From NCBI RefSeq assembly GCF_000181795.1, contig NW_003526945.1:1168591-1209809 (forward strand): 41,219 nucleotides of DNA, given 5' to 3'. The position numbers and the translations under genes are program-made. The DNA is from Trichinella spiralis. Taxonomy: Eukaryota. Shown piece by piece: positions 1 to 13,000 of this stretch (positions are counted from its first letter, which is position 1; each line of letters opens with the position of its first letter). The notes beneath the pieces were generated by a model. That model was given only the letters and a program-made list of their open reading frames with translations. It did no database searches and was not told the origin of the DNA.

Positions 1-726
1 ACATGAAATTTTAAAAAATTCATCTTATGAAGAGAGTTGAAAAAATTAAATCAGATCTATGCAATATTTTTTGCTATTTATTTTTGTATTTATAGTGGAA
101 TACCATTCACGAAAATAGCTTTAAATTTCACAGTCATCACCTTTATTTTAACCATGTTGTGCCTAATAACAAATAACTTGCGAAATTAAATTAATGAAGT
201 TTTAAGCCACCATTACAACTTATGCCAATGTGCAACACATTAACATGCATTGAAATGGCAAAAACCGTATAATACAATTCGAAACAAACTGTCAAACAAA
301 GTAGTTGACGTCGTTGGCATTAGTACTTCAAATTTATCATGGATTCTAAAAATATAAAACTAAAAATGAAATAAAAAGATTGCTTAGCCTATTGTAACTA
401 AGTGTTGTTTCGTTACACTATACTGAAAAATTAAGAAAAATTATTGAATTAATATTAATTATTAAAATTATTGTTTTATAATTAGTTTGTAAATTTAAAA
501 TAATTTAGAATCAATATTCCAGATTCATGTGCTAAAATCAATATAAACTGCACACTTAGTTAAGATACTATAGAAATACTGTAGTGTGCGACAGCCGATT
601 TGTACTTTATTTACATATTTGTTGTATTAGTCATTCACTTGGTTAAGTAATTAAAACAGAGATCGATCTTAGTTGGTAATTCTACAAGCGGATAGCGATT
701 ATTGTCGATTTTATTTTTGCTGAACG

Positions 727-3700
727 ATGGATGAAGAACGTCTGAAGAAACTTGAATCTGCCAAAAAAAAGGTGATTTTATTGCAATACTTTTGTATAAT
801 ATTCATTAACAAAGTTACTTCATGAATAAAAGTTTAAATATAAAGTATATTTAGTTTTATTTAACATTTAAGAGTTGTTTCACTTTTTACTTTCTTTAAT
901 TTTTACAGATTCTGCATGGAAAATAATGTAGCATTACTTATATTCAACTTCCTTAATATGGTGGGTGACTCCATCCTTTTATCTGAATTTTCTTGGTAAT
1001 TTTTTGAAAATAATTTGACGTGAACTAAAGCTAAGATGTAATTTATTTTTATATTCTTTAATTTTATAATCTATAATTTAGCTTAACTTCTAGCTTTAAT
1101 CATTTATTTGTAATGTCAATGAGTTTTACTGGCTGGATTGAGTTGTTGTGGAAACCGCTGTAAGATTACTCACAAAATATTTTCATATTAGAATAAGCAA
1201 CGTTGTGCATCTGTTGTTTCTAATAAATTTTATGCTCAAATATGTCGGTGAATTGTTTTCTAGCTTTTATATTTTATTGTATATTATGCAGATTTTATTG
1301 CATTATTTTAATGGAATATTGCAATACGCAATATTAATGTGTCATTTATGTATAAAGAATGTTTGTCATTTATTTACTTTTTCATTGCTTATTTAACAGT
1401 GCATTACAGTAATCATTTTGTAATTAAAAATTAAGTTTGAATGTGTTGAAAAAGCTGAAATATTGAAGTATGTAACTTTTGCTTGTTTAATCGTGTAAAC
1501 TTATATATTTTAATGAATGTATTTTATTAGAATGAACTGTACATCATGTAATACTTGCATATCAGAACTGCTTTTTTCAGCTAAAAGAATTCCAATCAAA
1601 GAATCTACAAAAACCGATTGTCGATGCTGCCTCTTTTAACACTTTGATGCAGAAGAAAATTCAGCATAGTTTTACTGGAAATGTTAATCTAGAATCAATA
1701 GAAAATTCTAGTCTTTCACCAAGTTCCAACAACAGTGATGGCGGTGTATTTGCTTTGAATACAGGTCCACCTTCTGTTTTGGAAGTACGTTTTTATAAGT
1801 AATTTTTGTAGATTCAGTGTAAAATTATGACAAGCACATGGTTTTTATTTTAGAGTGAAATGAGCCACACAGCTACCGGAGCTGCAAATGATTTTGACAG
1901 CAATAAGCAAGAACGTGTCAATTCAAGTTTGCAGAAATTAAATCAACCAGATATGATTGCACCGAATTTGAATTTTTTTCAGTCTGATTTCACGAAGAAT
2001 GATAAATCGGTGGCAAATCATGTAAAGCTATTCACTTCTTTAATATGTATGCATACATGAACAGTTGTATGTTTTTAGTATTCAGAGGGAATGTCGTTAA
2101 CACGTAATCAAAGTGAAATAGAATTGGAGAATTCTTTGCTTAAAGATCGTTTACGTGCTGAACAAGAATCGAAGATGGAACTGGAAAAAACATACCAAGC
2201 ACTTGTAAATTGGGGAAATTTTATAGTATGTGGTACTAGTTAAATTTCATTTTATACAGCAATCCGAGTACAACAAGCTTCGAACCGGGAAAGAGGCGCC
2301 ATCAGCTTTTGAAGAGCGTAATTCCCTGTTAGAAGAAATACAGACTCATACAAAGGTAATATTTGTGCGAATGTGAAAGTTCTTTTTTTGTGTTTTCCGT
2401 CGAATTATAGGCATGTTATAATTTTTCAGATCATTGGAGTTCTTGTAGAAGAAAAATCTAGCCTGCAGTCTCAGTTACGTCAGGCAAAGGAAATGTTTAA
2501 GGCACTTCAGATGGAACATGTTTCTATGCAAATGAAATTTGTACAACGACAAGAGGTGGATAAAAATGCAACAACGATGATTAATGAACTTCAGGCTGAA
2601 AATGCAGCTTTGAAGTCTAGCGTACAACAACAAGGAATACAGCTAACAACCCAACGCTATGAATTGACTCGTCAGTTGCATGGATTGTCAATTTTACAAC
2701 AAGATAAAAATGAGCTTTCCGTCAAGCTGAAAGCTCAAAGTGAACTAATTGAAAGTATGAAAGAAGCTGAGAAGAAGTTGAAAAGATCACTCGAAAGCCG
2801 TGAAATCTACGCAAAACAACTTTCCCAAGCCTTGACTAGTGAATCGTTGAATTTTTGAAAGCGAGATTTAACAGTTCATTTTCATAATTGCGCATTTCAG
2901 ACAGCGAAGCAGGAAATGGTAATGATCGTTCTGAAAAAAGTACTTTTTCCATTTTGGAAGAAAAACAAGCCGAAATCGACAAGCTGAATGCAGAAATGAA
3001 CACTGTGAAACAACAGCTACTCGAAGCTAAACAGTCATTTGAAAAGTACGAGCAAAGTGCTGAAGAAAAAATCGCGATCTTGAGTAGGGAAATTCAAAAA
3101 CACCAAGCAGAGAAATCGACTTTGTTGATGAAACTTGAAGAACTGGAAACCGAGTTAAAAGCAGTGCAGTCTGTATGCATTATAGTGGAATATTCCAAGA
3201 ACAATTTCAACTTTTAAGTAAATTTCAGGTGAACCAAGTTGAATCTGTTGTGGAAAGAGATAAGAATTTGAACGCAGACGTTATTGAAAGTATGAAACTT
3301 GTCAGCGAGCTTCACTGCGAATTAGAAATTATGGTAATATTTTGATTTTGCTTTAATTTCATTTCATTTAATAATTCACATGTTGTTATTTTTCAAAAGT
3401 AAAATTATCAGAGTTATGTACTAATGCTTCATAATCTTTTTTTCACTACTTTTTAGGATAAATAAAATAGAATAATCTTTAATGTCGTTTAAAGTTCGCG
3501 TTAAAATAATGTATTTTCAAAGTTTTTCGAAGACAGTCAAGAATTACTGTAATTATTGAATTGCAGGTGTGAACTAATTCCTTTTTAATAAATGACGAAT
3601 TAATATTGCCAATACCAAATTTTTACCTTTACCAATATTAGTCGAAATAAAAAAAATCAAAATGATTAAATTTTACTTTAGAATAAACGCGTTCAGCAGT

Positions 3701-5772
3701 TAGAAATAGCTGTTCAAGAAAAGGAATTGCACATTAGTAATTTGGAATTGCAATTACGAGAAAAAATTGACTACGCACGTAACTGTCAGTCAATTTTGGA
3801 ACAACTGCATTCGGAAAGAGTGACAGCTGGTCGTGCACTTGCTCAAAATCACGACCTCAAAGAGCGTCTTTGCGAGCTGCAGAATAAATTTGTCGAAATG
3901 GTTTGTGAACTGTGATGTTTGATATTGCACGTCTGGGAAGCAGTTGACATATTTTTCATTTCAGAGTGAAGCGAACGCTGTGATGACTGATCGTCTGCAA
4001 ACGCTAACAAGCAAGCTTGCTTCGGTTAATCAAAACGTAAACTATGTGAATGCAGTTTTATTCATTGGAAATTCTTTTTTTTTGTTTGGATGCTGTACAA
4101 TGCTATCTTTTTTATTTGATGAATTAATTTAGGAAAATGTGAAAAGTACAACTGACAGTTATACATCAATGACAGATGAAGAACAGTGTAGTTTCTGCAC
4201 GAATAGTTGTAACAATTCGGACAACACGTTAGTTGAATTGAATATGAAAATTGAACAATTGACTATAGAAAACGATTATTTGAAACAATGTCTTGCTTCT
4301 AATTTAAGTGAGGTAAATTGTGAAACAAAAGAATTTCTCATTTTTTCTTTATCTAAAGAGTTTACAATTTTAGGTGGATCAAGCTACTACCACGACAGAG
4401 ACTAGTTTAGTGGAAAGTGAAATTAATTTTACTTCTGTTGAACAATTGACTATTAATGAAGTAAATTAAATGAGCTTGTTTTAATTTGTTTACCAAGCAT
4501 AGTTTTGAAAAATTATGTTCAGGACACCAGTGCTAATTCAGAGAACATTACTGACGTGCAGAGCTTGGAAGTGGAAAAGAAGAATAATGCTCACTCGTGT
4601 ACCGAACATCAGAACTTATCGGATCGCATTGAAACACTTTCTGAAGAAGATGAAAAATTGCAAAATCGAATGTTGAGTTTAAATGCCTCGCTGGCTGCCA
4701 AAGAATTGCTATCCAATTCTGACCAATTTGCATCGGGACGTCGCAGTGGTATGCGTTGTTATACGAAACATTAAATTTTCACGTCATTAACAATATCACA
4801 TGTTAAATTTTTTTATTCAGTTTTCATATATTTGAATGAATTGAATTTTATACTTATTTGGTTGTAATTTTCAGATGGACAAAGTACAGAAGATTTGCTA
4901 CGCAGTTTGCATGAGCTTCAGCAGCGTTTTATCCAAGCGATGAATGAAAATGCTTCTTTGACTGACCGAAATCAACGGATGGAACATTTGATTATACAGT
5001 TGCAAAGTGAAACGGAAACAATCGGTAAACGTTGCCAAAGCAGTCATTGTTGAATACTGAAATAACTATTATAATTATTTGTTGCTTTTGTGAAGGTGAA
5101 TTTGTTACATTGTATCAGCATCAGCGACGGGTTGTTCGTCAACGGTTGATTGAAAAAGAAGAGTACGTCGCTCAGATTGCTCGAGAAAAGGAACTGATGA
5201 AGGTCTGTGGACAAAAAATAAAATAAAATAATATAATTAATGAACAAGTGAACTGAATTGTTAAGGAAAAAGTTGCCGAACTTCGCTTATTGTTTGTTGA
5301 TTTACTACGGGAGAGAAATCTGCTCAAGGCTTATTCTCACAAAGCTGCCGGCCAAAGCATGCCCAGGGGGATAGAGCTGGATAACATCAAATGCCCTGCG
5401 CGGTTGTCGCAGACTATCATTGATGAAACAGTTCTGTACAACCAACATGCAGGTATTATTATTATTATTATTATTATGAGCAGTGTTGTATGAGTTTAAT
5501 GTTTCTTTCTTAATTTAGGTGGACAGAAGAAAAGCGTTGCGAGCGGCGCTGATGTGGCAGAAGTTGGCGAAGTGAATCTTTCCAATGGGAAAAGAACTGA
5601 TGAAAAAGTTAATTCTTTGGAAAATGAGAAAGTGGAGACTGATGGTTCTTTGGTGGATCGAATTATGAATCTGTTAGCTGAAATTCAAGGTCCTGAGATG
5701 GTTAATCAACTGCCCAGTCAAGGCCCACAGATGCATTGCAAATATTGTACCGGCAAGATTAAGATCATATGA
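727..5772 (+). CDS. GOLGA2: Golgin subfamily A member 2 (GM130)-like coiled-coil Golgi matrix protein, 17 exons, roughly 950-1000 aa
   Basis: Exon 1 (727-771, MDEERLKKLESAKKK|gt) splices to ttttcag|1581 LKEFQSK, matching the GM130 N-terminal 'KLAAAKKKL.EYQ' motif. Coiled-coil exons follow. The spliced 'LQSETETIG|EFVTLYQHQR' (about 5000-5130) matches the conserved GOLGA2 C-terminal domain motif. The protein ends HCKYCTGKIKII* (stop 5770-5772), like invertebrate GM130 tails. All introns I traced are GT-AG. Internal exon boundaries were placed by eye. Confidence 0.88.
5454..5477 (+). repeat. (ATT)n microsatellite at the 5' end of the last golgin intron
   Basis: tattattattattattattattat directly after the GCAG|gt donor; it explains the poly-I run in ORF 5290..5493. 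Confidence 0.85.
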
Positions 5773-5835
5773 TTGTTTGTCATTGTGTCAGTTGACTAAA
5801 AAGTTTTTTGTTTGTTCGTTTTATGGTTATTATTC

Positions 5836-5841
5836 AATAAA
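5836..5841 (+). promoter_or_regulatory. Probable polyadenylation signal of the golgin gene
   Basis: AATAAA about 64 nt after the stop codon, followed by GT-rich sequence (ttgttgtttgtttgtc). Confidence 0.5.
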
Positions 5842-8162
5842 AGCCATCTAATAATTGTTGTTTGTTTGTCTGCATCATGTTCTACATGCATGTGTGTATG
5901 TGTCTTTGTATGTGTTGCTATCATAATCAGAAAAGAAAAATAAATGCGTGTGAATTTAAATATATTTTATTTGCAATGCTTTTTCATAGTAAAATAAAAA
6001 TATTATTTGGCATAAGTTTTAGTGATATTTTTTTAAATTTAATATATGCGATACGCTTGACAATTCACAGGTATCATGCGACGTTAATATTTTGAGTTTT
6101 TCTAAATTGCAGATAAGAATGCATGTCCGCAATTCAGTTTATTTTCTTTTATCATACTGCAAACAACAACAGCTAATGCACAATGTGTGTTGACAATGAA
6201 AACAAACGACCAAATGAACGTATGCTGTAAGGATCGTCGTAAACACGTGGAAGAAAATAAGTAAATTAAAATATACACGTACATATACCAAGATTTATAT
6301 ATATATATACAGTATACAATAAAAATGAATGAAGAATTTGGTTTGCTTATATAAATTTAGTATAAAATTATATCACAAAAAAATAATTTATGCCATTCGT
6401 TCAATAATTCTAGTATATTCAACTTTTCTTCCATATTTACACCATATAGCAATATTCTGTGGTAAAGAAATTCAACATCTGGCGTGATGATAAACGACAT
6501 GCACTTCACTTCATCGGAGAATTACTCCAGATTATGTGACATTGCTACGGTGCTATCTGCATTTCTGGAAAGCACCGTAGAAATGCGTTTCTCTCGTCAA
6601 AACGGCTACTTATATACAGAATTTGCTTAGCCATCGTTTCGGAAACAACCAATAAGAGCACAATTTGGAGGGGATAGTGAAAATTTTTTGTCCAGTAAGA
6701 ATCGAGTACTGCCATATCATCTTTGACTAATCAAATTCAACCTCTTCATTTGCTTGGCCAATGGCAAACTGTGTAATAAATATTTTTTTCTTCAAATTCA
6801 TCGCCAACTGATGATTAATTTCATTTGAAAATGTTGCTATGTTTGGAAGATGTTAAAAATGATTCAAATTGTATCAATTTGATTTGTGCCAAACGGCAAT
6901 CTAACCTGCCAAGCAATCTGAATGCTGTTTTCAATTGGCACAATAAAAATAGCTTTTCGCCAGTTTTGAAAATCATCTCCAACCAAGCTGTTCGATTTTA
7001 CTGATTTCCGTTAACTTATGCTATGTGATTCAATCGACAACTGTTCACATCGACTTAACAAGAAAACTATAACAATCACATCCAATCAACAATGACAATT
7101 TTATAATAATAAAAAATTATTATTTTTATTTCATCGCACACATTATATTTAAATGAATGCTGAATCATAAATTGAACAAAAAATTGAAATACACGATCAA
7201 AAATAGTTTACATATTCCATGTTTGAACTGCTGTGTTTGTACAGTTGAATCAGTTTTGATTTGTGAGCTCAAATGTGAAATTCAACGAGAAAAGTCTCTT
7301 TGAAAAGGACGAACAAACTAAGCAACAAGTTGAAAATATGCAATTTTGAAGTTTGCTTTTTTTTCCAAAAAAAAGAAAAATATTTTTCAACTGAACGATT
7401 ATTTCTCATCAATTGGCAACAGTTGATATTGGCCGATTGATTTTCAACATTGAAACTATTCTCAATGCAAAGCAAGTGAAAAAACTTTTTTTATTCAATT
7501 ATTCAACAGTCGTCTGTTGTAAGCGATGCAATGAAAGTTGTTTTCAATTCAATCAATTTCTACCTGTTCGAAAATTTACAATGAAAACACGTTCTGAATC
7601 AAATTGTTAAAGACAAAGTTTGATTTGTGAAAATGTGCACCTTTCTTCCACTGTCGTCATTTGGCAATTTCGTAAAATTTTTATAAAATTTTAAAATCAA
7701 AAGAAAAACACTCAACAAATGAAAATAATTTTTGCTTTTATTCTTCACACAAGTGTTCACGTATCAGAATTGTAAATAAAACAAAAAACTGCTTCAATTT
7801 CTAAATTTTTTTTCTATTCCATAAAAACAGTCATCTAAAATAAGATAAAATATGTGTAGAAATAAATAAAAATTGAAATTTCATAGTTGAAAATGATTTA
7901 GTGGAAAAATAATTTTTGTAAATTTTTACAAAAATGATATTTGTAATTTTGTACTTAATTTTCATTTATCACTGAATTCCGTACTGCACGGTACGTACTG
8001 TACGGCTGACGGCAAATATCAACCCGTCGATCTGAATTTCACTTCGCCGCTGTTTCCCAGTGCTATTTATAGCAGTGTTGAGTGAAGTGCTGCTGGTGAA
8101 TATTTTTATTTTTATTTTTGTAACATCTGCCTGGTCGGCAAAGTGGTGTTGTCCGTGTTACC

Positions 8163-8183
8163 ATGGAGCGGAAGGATCGATAG
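8163..8183 (+). promoter_or_regulatory. Short upstream ORF (MERKDR*) in a probable 5' exon of the M6 gene
   Basis: accATGG context, ATG GAG CGG AAG GAT CGA TAG. A donor AG|gtagtg follows at 8200/8201 and an acceptor tgtttag| at 8382. Inclusion in the mRNA is inferred. Confidence 0.4.
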
Positions 8184-8416
8184 AACGTTTGTGTAAATAG
8201 GTAGTGGTGATTTATTTGTTCGTTTGCGTTGTTTCAATGCTCTTTGTTCACTTTGCTAGCGGGTGAGTCACGCTTTGCTAGCAGGTTTCAAATTTACGTG
8301 ACAGTCAGTTGTTTCAGAAATGTTCGTCTGCTTTTGATTCCAGAAATAGGATTGTTTTACAATTGTTGTTTTTAATGTTTAGAGAAACGGAAAAAAATTC
8401 GAAAAACAACAGCAAT

Positions 8417-9248
8417 ATGGAAATGATTGCCCCCGTCGGCCGTCCTAGTAGTATTGGTCGTGTACCATTTGCATCTTTGATCGCGTTGAGCATCACGTGG
8501 ATTGGCGTGGCAGTGTTTGCCGCCATGAATTTCCAAGCCGTCAACGCTAGCCTGCAGCAGTTGAGAAGCGTTTTCAACGTGAGGCTTTTTTTGTTTGTCA
8601 ATTCTAATGCATCATTTTCAAAAAATGGCTGGCTAATTTTTCTTCCAGGCTGAAATTTATTGGTTGAACAAAGTTCAACTGTCGTTTATCGTCTCGGCAG
8701 TGATAATGTTTGTTTTCGCTGGCTTGTTGACTGTGATCGGCGCTTTGGCGACCGGCTCCACAAGAGACCGAGTCTACTACGGCTGGAAAGCTAGGCTGGG
8801 CGGAAGAATTTCCACGGCTCTGTTTTTGACCTTAACCTATTTGGTGCACATTTTCTGGTTGGCAATTTTCACTGTTGTCGTTTCGCTTTGTTTTGTCAAC
8901 TGCATTTTGAAACGCCTCTGCGCTACCGTACCCGCATATACGGTCGACGACTGTCTGGATTTGAATTTGTTCAGCGTGTTCTTCGGTGATTTGAAATCGA
9001 CTGACAATTGGAAATTATGCGGCGCCGCGTTGCAACAATTTTGCGTTCTCACCGAAAGTGCCAACAATTATTACATTGTCAGTTATTTTGCCTCGTTGGC
9101 GGTGCTGCTTGGCCTTGTTCATTTTATGATCTGCTTGTCGGCCAATTACGCCCACATCAAGGACGGATTCAAATATTCCGAACTGAAGGAGATACAACTT
9201 ATTGAAGAAACTGAACTGAAACGCTACCCCCAAAGACGCTTCAACTGA
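8417..9248 (+). CDS. nmgp-1: Myelin proteolipid (PLP/DM20/M6) family four-TM neuronal membrane glycoprotein; 2 coding exons (8417-8578, 8649-9248), ~253 aa
   Basis: Family motifs RVPFASLIA (TM1), ATGSTR (loop after TM2), a Cys-rich second extracellular loop and CLSANYAHIKD..ELKEIQ, as in invertebrate M6. Phase-0 intron AAC|gtgagg...cttccag|GCT joins the two ORFs in frame. Confidence 0.88.
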
Positions 9249-9443
9249 ATTCATCTGTCCTTTTCTTTTTTTTTCTGCTGTTGTTTCCCGTGTTTTTTGT
9301 TTTTCCAAGTTTGCAGGCAATTTTTACTTCATTCATCATCCACAGCATGCAGTTTGTTTGTTTGATTGATTTTCATTGTTCGTTTCACCATTGTTCCGTA
9401 TGACCGTTTTCAAAAATATCCTTCTTTTCTGTTGTTATATATC

Positions 9444-9444
9444 T

Positions 9445-9475
<31 letters not shown>

Positions 9476-9483
9476 CTAATAAA
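9444..9483 (+). repeat. (TTTA)n microsatellite immediately followed by AATAAA (9478-9483), probable M6 poly(A) signal
   Basis: About 8 TTTA units then ctaataaaag, ~230 nt after the M6 stop. Confidence 0.75.
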
Positions 9484-10003
9484 AGTTCTGTTTCTGAAAA
9501 CTCGACAGAAACATCATTGAATTTCACCACCCTTTGAAGGTGAATTTCTACTTTTGAAAAGCTCGCATTCTGTAAAAATTGTAAAAGTCTTTCTGCTATA
9601 TCTGAACATTGTCCGACGGTTCAATTAACAGAACAGTTGGTTTTACAGCTACGAAATTACACGGTGAGTTATTTTTCAACATTTACAATTTGCAAACACC
9701 TTACAGTAATTCACAGTATTACAGTAATGAAAAATGCTAATCAAGATTAAATAAAACTTCAGTGAGGCAAATAACAGAGTTTGTAAATGATTTTTATTAT
9801 CGGTTGCCGTATTTTTGCAGTATACTTTAGAAAACGGTACATTTGCAAACATTACAGTATCTGTACTTGATAATATATAATGGTGTAAAAATTTGCATAT
9901 TTGCAAATGAGAAGGCAAATTTTCAGCCCGAAATGTGCTTTGCGTGTCAAATGCGCCATTTAGTATAACAATGATCATCACCTCTGATACGGCATTTTTA
10001 CTT

Positions 10004-13000
10004 TTAGTTCTTCAGAAACATCGCCACTCCTCGAACCAACCACTTCTGTGCATCACCTTTACATGGTAAGTCGATAGATGAAATTAAATGTGATCGACTT
10101 GAATCGTGATACAAAGGAATTTTCACTGATTCTGTTCTTTGCACATTTTTGTCCTAATATTGAAGTAAAATTTCACGTAAAATTTATATAAATTTAGCAT
10201 TTGTTTGATTGCTTACATTTCTTGTCCACAAAACATTAGCTGGTGGTAGAATTAGTATTGGGGAAGCATTTGCGGTCGCGTCTGTTAAATATTTCCCATC
10301 AAATTGCGCGCCTTCGATGCACAGGCCCGTTATTGTGCAAAGCGATGACGATGAACTAATTTCATTCCAACTGAATTGCATTGCATAAGACGTTATGCTT
10401 GAATTTTGAAATCTAAATAGGAAACGTTTACTTTTGTTCACACCAACTGAGCAATAATTTTGGTATTTATTACCTTGCAGTCTGCTGGCGTAGAGCATTG
10501 AAAAATGTCTCCGGTCGGAAAAACATTGAAATATCAACAACTCCATTAGTTAATGTGCCACTATTTAATTGTTGAATCCATTGCTGCAATGCTTTAGCCT
10601 TGGTGATCAAGCGGGACAAAAACTCAGTTGCTTGTTTTGGGCCCGTTGGCCATCTGTACAACCATTCATTCGGAATCTGCAATGAATGACTTGATTATTT
10701 TCAAATTTATGCAGTTTAAACATTATACCTCATTTTTTGCCAGTAATGTGCTTAAAAGTTGTGTGTTTAAATTATGTGAATTAAAATTAAGAGTAGATTT
10801 GTGCAACATGCTTAATTCTGCATGAACAAGTTGAACTAAGCTAATGGCAGCGTTATATTCTGAAACAGCAAACGTTTCTACCGGCGTACGATTGTTTTTC
10901 TTCAAATTTGAAAGCAACAGTCTTGCGTTTATGAGATTTACACCCTGAAAATTATTATTGAAAAAAATATGTTTATAAGTGCTTTATAATTCTACTTGGT
11001 TGAGTCTCTTCCACAAATTTAAAATTGGTTTCAATATTGCCACCAGTGATAGAGTGTGCAATTTTGTTTTGTCCGTGTCAAAATGAGCTAATTTTTGTAG
11101 CTTTAGCAAATTCCGTCGACTTTCTGTCTGCTCCCATGATCGATTAATGTTAGACGGTAGTCCGAACACATCGGGTGAGTCATAGTCAGGGAGGTGAGAA
11201 ATAACGGATGCATATTCCTTTGAATTGTTCGTTCAGTTTATTGTTTACGATAAAAAATTAAAGACTCACTTCGTATGACGTGGAAGTAGGAAGTACGCAT
11301 TGCCCAGCAGCAATGGCTACCCTGTTATCTTCTGCTATTACTTTGTTAAAATATTGTTTAAGATAAGCTCGTAAAGTTTGCATATCAAATTCGTTCTCAA
11401 TTCGTCCACCGTAGACAACATTTTCAAACATACCTTGAAATATTTCCCATATATCTGAAACAGATCATATCATTAAATTCAAAATTTAATAATAAGGAAT
11501 TTTTCACCATTAGGCTTTTTATGAAACCATTTTTTAATTAAATGCAAGCAAGCTTTATAGTCTGCGTAGTTAAATTCATAAAACTTGCACCAGCCCTGAA
11601 TTGATGAAGTTGATTAGAAATTCGAAATGTGAAAAATCATTCATACTTGGGGTATGTAACATCTCCTTTCCTGACAAACGGCGTGGAACCAAGATAGTAA
11701 AAATATGCTTCTTGATTCAGCTAATGAACATTGAAGTAGTTCAGACTTGTCCAAAGAGGACCAAGTTTGCAACATATTTTGCTTTAAGCCAGCTGGTGCC
11801 TTAGTTAAAAGTGCAAGTTGCTGATGATAAATTTAACAAATACAATAAACTGATCAAATCTTTTACTTCGTAAGCTACTTTCAAACTTCTTTCCAATAAA
11901 ATTGGAGAAAATTCTTGGTGTGGTTCCGTAGTTAACCAAAGTCGAAAACTTTCTTTGGGATTCAGTTGCTTGAACTCCTGAAAATGCATTTACATTTTTC
12001 ATTTTGACATTTTAACTCGTAAGACTAGTTAATCACATTTTCTAAATTCTGAAGCCACGAAACGGACAAATGCAAATTTTTGATACAAAGCCAATGACCA
12101 TCAGATGCACACTGTCGAAGCAAGCGTAACGCCAGTTCGCATTGATTTTGTCCAGTCGCCACCTGTTTCAATTTAGGCTTTTAATTAAAAAAAGAAATTA
12201 ATAATTTTAAACATTTTTCTGACTTGATAAAATTGTTCACTCCCAATTGTACATTTAGCCAAGTCTGCAATTTCCATCGATGGGTCAGAACCATAATCTG
12301 TGACAAATAAAACTGGTTCATTGCAAGATGTTTTCGTCAAATAAAATTTCTTCAAGTCCAATGGCTCAGGTCTCCATTCTTTGAAACCTAAACGTTTCAT
12401 GTGCCAACAACTTTTCTGAATATTAAAAGTTAAATATGAAATATTTAAAATTCATGTCTGATCTCTTTTCTTGTTTTCTTTATCTTTTTTTATCCACAAT
12501 ATTATCGGTGTAAACTTTGTTATGAGTTTCCCTCTCGCAGTGAACATTTGCAGTTAATTGCATAAGAATGATTATTATTTAGGCTGCTTGTACAGAGAAA
12601 AGTGGGTTATGAAATAATATCGTGTGTGATAAAATGCAATTAACAAAAAGGCATACCTAAAATTTTTTCTACAAAGCGTATCATTGCAGTGTGAAGGCAA
12701 TCAGGTCGTAGCGCTTGTACAACTAAAAGCTGTTGAAATGGAGTTAAAGAGTTCAAAACAAAAGAAGGCAAAATTTCTTTTTGAGCGTCGCCTCCAAATC
12801 CATCCTTCCATTTAATTCTGTTTTCCAGATTTAGTTTAGCAACCAGTTCAGGAAACATGATCTTCAGTATATATGAAATATTTCTTAGCAAGTACGATAT
12901 TGAAGGTGAAGATAATTTTAGTTACCTTTAATTCCCTTAAACGACTTTTGCAATTCTCTTCTATCCAATCAGGAACTTCTTCGAATCCAGGATGCTCTTC

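Noticed and set aside
949..969. U12-type branch-point-like TTCCTTAAT in golgin intron 1
   Set aside because: No matching RTATCCTT 5' splice site upstream; the intron has ordinary GT-AG ends.
1148..1396. Stand-alone ORFs in introns, intergenic DNA or antisense to exons (e.g. 1148..1396, 5862..6095, 28028..28285, 29190..29570)
   Set aside because: Low-complexity F/I/L/N/K-rich translations typical of AT-rich non-coding DNA, or antisense shadows of real exons.
8157..8170. Second X-box (GTTACCATGGAGCG) near the M6 gene
   Set aside because: Only the left half fits; the right half lacks RAC and it appears to lie in a transcribed exon.
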